DNA from: a virus
Lineage: Duplodnaviria > Caudoviricetes
IMG/VR virus record: IMGVR_UViG_3300032269_000479
Coordinates: 1-50,174 of that record
DNA length: 50,174 bases
Strand: one strand, 5' to 3'
A model generated the notes under the pieces. It worked only from the letters and a program-made list of their open reading frames with translations, was not told where the DNA came from and made no database searches. The position numbers and the translations under genes were made by a program. Positions within the stretch are counted from its first letter, which is position 1, and every line of letters begins with the position of its first letter. Positions 46,047 through 50,174 of the stretch are shown here, one piece after another.

Positions 46047-46847
46047 ATGAGTATTATTCAACAACTTCTTTTTGCCTATGGTGCCACTTTACCTGTTCCT
46101 GCAACAGTTCGATATCTTGTTGTGGCCGGTGGCGGCGGCGGTGGAGCTGATCCCGCTTTAGGGTATAGGACTGGGGGCGGGGGTGCCGGTGGTTTTAGGA
46201 CAGCTACAGGATTTGCTGTTAGTGCTTCAACACCCTATACTGTAACAGTTGGTTCTGGTGGGCCTCAAAATGCCCAAGGAGCCAACTCAGTGTTTTCCTC
46301 TATAACAAGCACGGGTGGCGGATATGGTGTAAACCTTGTTCAAACAGTTGGTGGATCGGGGGGTTCTGGAGGAGGTGGTTTAGGAACAGCCGGAACAGGA
46401 ACCGTTGGACAAGGCTCTGATGGGTCAACCTATGGGGATGTTGCTAATTCAGAAGGTGGTGGCGCAGGTGGTGGCGCAGGTGGAGCGGCCTCAAATCAAA
46501 ATGGTGGTGTTGGCCTTTCTTCGGATATTACAGGCTCCACTGTGTTCTACGCCGGAGGCGGTGGAGGGCGACCTGGTCCAAGTGCTGGATATTCCCCGCT
46601 AGGAACTGGCGGTAATGGCGGTGGTGGTGGTTGGGGTGCTCCAGGAACTGCTAATACTGGCGGGGGTGGTGGCGCTATAGGCGGTTCAGGAAGTGCTACT
46701 GGTGGTTCGGGAGTTGTAATCATTTCCTACCCAGACACACGAGCAGACCTTGCAAGTATCGGTGGTGGGTTATCTTATACAAGAACAGTCACTGGTGGAA
46801 ACAAAATTTATACCTTTACATCAGGGACGGGGACAATCCAATGGTAG
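46047..46847 (+). CDS. Glycine-rich tail-associated protein
   Basis: YLVVAGGGGG...YTVTVG.GG...ANTGGGGG...GGSGVVIISY...YTFTSG. Confidence 0.8.
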   Translation: MSIIQQLLFAYGATLPVPATVRYLVVAGGGGGGADPALGYRTGGGGAGGFRTATGFAVSASTPYTVTVGSGGPQNAQGANSVFSSITSTGGGYGVNLVQTVGGSGGSGGGGLGTAGTGTVGQGSDGSTYGDVANSEGGGAGGGAGGAASNQNGGVGLSSDITGSTVFYAGGGGGRPGPSAGYSPLGTGGNGGGGGWGAPGTANTGGGGGAIGGSGSATGGSGVVIISYPDTRADLASIGGGLSYTRTVTGGNKIYTFTSGTGTIQW

Positions 46848-47077
46848 AGATAACTAAAGAAGATATTCGAGAAATCATTGACAACGCCATCGAACGACAT
46901 TCCTTGTCAGACGACCATCAATTTATTAAAACACTCATTGCAAGAGAAAAACGAAACCAAGAACTGTTTGAGAAGATAAAAGCCCACGTTATTGGGTGGA
47001 GTTTTCTTGTAACAGTTTCCTTCCTCGCGGCAGTTCTTTGGGATGACGTTATGCGGTTTCTTAAAAAGGTAGTTTAA
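46841..47077 (+). CDS. Small membrane protein
   Basis: 78 aa with a single C-terminal TM segment and basic end. Confidence 0.6.
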   Translation: MVEITKEDIREIIDNAIERHSLSDDHQFIKTLIAREKRNQELFEKIKAHVIGWSFLVTVSFLAAVLWDDVMRFLKKVV

Positions 47078-47078
47078 T

Positions 47079-48098
47079 ATGGCAACTAGCGGTGTAGTTA
47101 CTTTTCGCCCAAATCGAGACCAGATTATTACCCAAGCACTTATTCAAGTTGGTGCTATTGATCCCGAGAACAGCTCCCAATCACCTACAGCAATTCAAAT
47201 TACAAACTCCTCAATGATCCTCAACTCTCTTGTTAAACAGTGGGAGACAGAAGGATTGGAGTTGTGGGAGACACGATATGGTGTAGTGTTCCCGCAAAAA
47301 GGACAATGGGTGTATGCTCTGGGTCTTCCAGGTCCAGGCGGAGATCACGCAACAGAAACAACAGCCCTTGGTGTTGGCGGGTTTTTACAAACAACCTTGT
47401 CAAGTGCAGGAGCGGCTCTTGGATCAACAGTGATTCTTACAACCCTTTCCTCTGCTTCTTCAGCAGGGGTTTCGGTGTTTACTGTTGCTAATACTTACGT
47501 TATTGGGATTCAGTTGGACACTGGATACATCCACTGGACGACTGTGAACGGAGCGCCTTCAGGTAACACTGTGACCTTGACAGCCGCGCTTCCCTCGACT
47601 GCTTGCAGTGGAAATACTGTCTATTGTTACCAGACAAAGATGACACGTCCCCTTCGAGTAACCAACGTCCAGCTAGGAGCAATCTCGCCAACCTCAAGCA
47701 CGGTTCCTCTTACACCCCTTAGCCGTGCTGATTATAACCGCATGGCAAATAAAGCAACAGAAGGAACACCAACACAATTTTATTTTGATCCCCAAAGAAA
47801 CACAGGGTATCTTTATTTTTACCAAGCTTTGGGTCAAGTCACCCGTCCGCTTTATGTTGAATACCAGCGTCCGATTGAAGACTTCTTGACAGCTACCGAT
47901 GACTATGACCTTCCCCAAGAATGGGCAATGGCTCTTATTTACAACCTAGCTCTCTTTCTTGCCCCCAGCTACACTGTTCCACAATCACAATTTAAACAGA
48001 TTCAATTCCTTGCTGACCAATGTTATGAGCAAATCTGTGGTTGGGATCAAGAAGTAACGTCTTTCCGAATCCAACCAAACCCTAACGGACAAGCTTAA
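47079..48098 (+). CDS. Head-to-tail adaptor (P22 gp4-like) with an inserted beta domain
   Basis: II..AL...G...LN.LV..W; Y.....K...GTP.Q.Y; D.PQEW..AL.YNLA..LAP.Y. Confidence 0.75.
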   Translation: MATSGVVTFRPNRDQIITQALIQVGAIDPENSSQSPTAIQITNSSMILNSLVKQWETEGLELWETRYGVVFPQKGQWVYALGLPGPGGDHATETTALGVGGFLQTTLSSAGAALGSTVILTTLSSASSAGVSVFTVANTYVIGIQLDTGYIHWTTVNGAPSGNTVTLTAALPSTACSGNTVYCYQTKMTRPLRVTNVQLGAISPTSSTVPLTPLSRADYNRMANKATEGTPTQFYFDPQRNTGYLYFYQALGQVTRPLYVEYQRPIEDFLTATDDYDLPQEWAMALIYNLALFLAPSYTVPQSQFKQIQFLADQCYEQICGWDQEVTSFRIQPNPNGQA

Positions 48099-48099
48099 T

Positions 48100-49578
48100 A
48101 TGCCTCGTTATAGCCGTGCCGGATCAAAAAAACAGTTTGTCGGAGCTGTCGGTGAAGGAAAAAAAGAGGCCCAAACAGTCAAAATTCCGGCTATTGGGAG
48201 TCTTCTTTTTCGAGGAACAGCTGCGGATAAAGACCAGAGGTTTATCAATGGTTACTTTGACGTTCTAAAGAATCCAGAGACAAACAAGACTTATTATTAC
48301 TTTACAAAAAGACCTGGACTAAATCCAACTGGAGCTATCCGACCAAAGGGTGCTTCAGGTGTGGCTCGTGGGTGTGAGTCGTGGAACAATCGCATTTACA
48401 GCGTTTACGACAATAAAATCTACTCTGACACTACAGACCTTGGGGTTACTTTAACAACCTCTACAGGTCGTGTTGGTATTACAATCACACGTCCAGGAGC
48501 AGCCAACCAGTATATTTGCATTAACGATGGGGTAAAGTTGTATGTGATCAATGCTGCCAACACCGTAACAACAGTCACTGTAAACTTTCCAACCCCGAAC
48601 ACAACAGATCTTGTGTATATGGATGGGTATATCTGCACTTTAAAGACAGACGGAACTGTCTGGGCTTGTAACGTGGATGATCCCACAACTTGGGATGCTT
48701 CCCATTTCTTAACGGCTCAGATGTTTGGAGGCACTGGAGTGGGGATTGCCCACCAGAATAACCTCCTGTTTGTTTTCCTTGATAACTCAATGCAGGCTTT
48801 TTATGATGCTCAAAATGCAACTGGAAGTCCTTTCAGCAACTATGAACAAGCTGCTCAACAAATTGGCTGTGCAAGTCAAAACAGTATTGCTCAAGACGAA
48901 CAATATATCACTTGGGTGTCCAATTCTCGAAACGGTGGTTTTTCTGTCTATCGTATTGATGGCAGCACGGGTCTAAAAGAGATTGCAACTCCCGCAATAC
49001 AAAGAATCTTAAACAACGAAAAGACAGGCATTGCAACTTGCTTTGCTTTTGCTAAGAGGGTTGCAGGTCGTTTTTTCTATGTTTTGAATTTAATGTCGGC
49101 AAACCGAACATTTGTGTATGATTACGGAAATGATCTTTGGACAGAATACCAAGAAGCTGGCGCAACAAACCGATGGCCTATTGTTTCTGTTTGCCAGCAC
49201 AATTACCAAGCTTTCTGCCAACATGCTACTGATGGGTATATTTATCCTATGGATGCAGCTACCTATCAAGATAATGGGGTAAACTTTACCTATTTGATGC
49301 GCTTGGCTCGGGTTGACTTTGACACTGCTTCTAGTCGTAAGTTCTGCTCTGGGGTCAATGTTGTTGGGGATGTTCAATCAGACCCTTGTAACATATTTCT
49401 CCAATACAGCGATGATGACTACGCTACAACAAGCACTGCACGGACTCTTTCAATGTCAAATCATCGTGTCTTTGCTACGCAGTTTGGAAGTTTCTTCCGA
49501 AGAAGTTGGCAAGTAAGCTACACAGGAAATACCCCAATGCGTATTGAAGCATTGGAACTTGAAGTTAGTATAGGATAA
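48100..49578 (+). CDS. Tail nozzle / packaged-DNA stabilisation protein (P22 gp10-like)
   Basis: KRPGL, DGY, beta-propeller-type repeats, IGC, FYVL...TFVYD....W, L.YSDD, G.F.RR. Confidence 0.82.
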   Translation: MPRYSRAGSKKQFVGAVGEGKKEAQTVKIPAIGSLLFRGTAADKDQRFINGYFDVLKNPETNKTYYYFTKRPGLNPTGAIRPKGASGVARGCESWNNRIYSVYDNKIYSDTTDLGVTLTTSTGRVGITITRPGAANQYICINDGVKLYVINAANTVTTVTVNFPTPNTTDLVYMDGYICTLKTDGTVWACNVDDPTTWDASHFLTAQMFGGTGVGIAHQNNLLFVFLDNSMQAFYDAQNATGSPFSNYEQAAQQIGCASQNSIAQDEQYITWVSNSRNGGFSVYRIDGSTGLKEIATPAIQRILNNEKTGIATCFAFAKRVAGRFFYVLNLMSANRTFVYDYGNDLWTEYQEAGATNRWPIVSVCQHNYQAFCQHATDGYIYPMDAATYQDNGVNFTYLMRLARVDFDTASSRKFCSGVNVVGDVQSDPCNIFLQYSDDDYATTSTARTLSMSNHRVFATQFGSFFRRSWQVSYTGNTPMRIEALELEVSIG

Positions 49579-49580
49579 AC

Positions 49581-49973
49581 ATGGCCTTTCCACCAATTCC
49601 CCTTAAAGACATTAAAGATCTTCCGTTCTCTTTTCAGGAGTGGTTACGACAACTTCAGAACTTAATAGGTGGAACTTCAGGAAGTGTTCCTTGGGACAGT
49701 GTTTCTAAAACGGGTGCCTCAATAGCGGACATCCCTATTCGGAATCATAACAACCTTCAGAATATTCAAGGTGGTGGTCCGACTGATTACAGACATCTAA
49801 CAACAACCCAACTGGGCTCAATCTCAGGATTAGGAGCAGTTAAGCTGCTTGGGGGCACAGGTGTTCCAGCGGGCGGTTTGGGAGCAAATGGTAACTTTTA
49901 CTTTAGAGATGATGGTGGAGTAGGAACTCATATCTACTTTAAAGTGGCTGGTGCTTGGACCGCAATAGCTTAA
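49581..49973 (+). CDS. Hypothetical tail-associated protein
   Basis: PP.P....W...L; HN.LQ.IQGG....HLT; G.NG.FY...K..G.W. Confidence 0.65.
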   Translation: MAFPPIPLKDIKDLPFSFQEWLRQLQNLIGGTSGSVPWDSVSKTGASIADIPIRNHNNLQNIQGGGPTDYRHLTTTQLGSISGLGAVKLLGGTGVPAGGLGANGNFYFRDDGGVGTHIYFKVAGAWTAIA

Positions 49974-49998
49974 TTTAAATACTTTAGGACTTACAATT

Positions 49999-50174
49999 AT
50001 GGCACTTATTCGATACCCAAAAATGGACGGCGGCGGCTCTGATGATGAGGGCGGCTATCAGGCGTATCTTGATCCGGCGACAGGAGGGGGGTATAAAAAG
50101 GTTACTATCGGTAGCGACGAAGGCAACCAGATCACGTATCAGCCGCTGAACAAGACGTGGGAATACATGAACAA
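49999..50174 (+). CDS. 5' fragment of an ejection protein (probably continues at nt 1)
   Basis: AGGA SD, MALIRYPKMDGGG...; open to the window end with GC-rich codons like nt 1-900. Confidence 0.6.
   Translation, partial: MALIRYPKMDGGGSDDEGGYQAYLDPATGGGYKKVTIGSDEGNQITYQPLNKTWEYMN

Noticed and set aside
41714-46847. Diversity-generating retroelement acting on tail genes
   Set aside because: No reverse transcriptase and no adenine-specific TR/VR repeat pair were seen.

Overview
The window looks like a nearly complete, circularly permuted ~50 kb genome of a lytic short-tailed (podovirus-type) dsDNA phage. Its layout resembles the phiEco32 / PaP3 / LUZ24 type. Two arms diverge from an AT-rich non-coding region at ~30.2-31.0 kb, the probable physical genome end. 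The minus arm (30.1 kb to 8.4 kb) holds small early genes and an amidoligase cluster: class I GATase, COOH-NH2 ligase, amidoligase, class II GATase and ATP-grasp. It then carries primase, DnaB helicase, a split family A DNA polymerase, exo/endonucleases, nucleotide-metabolism genes, and holin-like, lipoprotein and SPFH genes. The plus arm (31.0 kb to the end, continuing at 1 to 8.3 kb) holds two tRNAs, TerS, HNH, TerL, portal, GroES, scaffold, capsid, tail/fibre, adaptor and nozzle genes, three ejection proteins and a GH108 endolysin. The arms converge on a bidirectional terminator at ~8.36 kb. I recognised no integrase, RNA polymerase, reverse transcriptase or CRISPR array. Most notable observations: (1) a 1756-aa virion protein whose ParB-like and ADP-ribosyltransferase-like modules are bracketed by a repeated PK(G/S)QRG motif; (2) about 10 copies of a GTTACAA-N2/3-TTGTAAC palindrome in the early arm; (3) overlapping long-range inverted repeats that enclose individual early genes; (4) a circularly permuted MazG-like protein; (5) candidate RNA structures around the capsid genes; (6) apparent ATT start codons coupled to upstream stop codons. 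All product calls come from motif recognition by eye; no database search was run.
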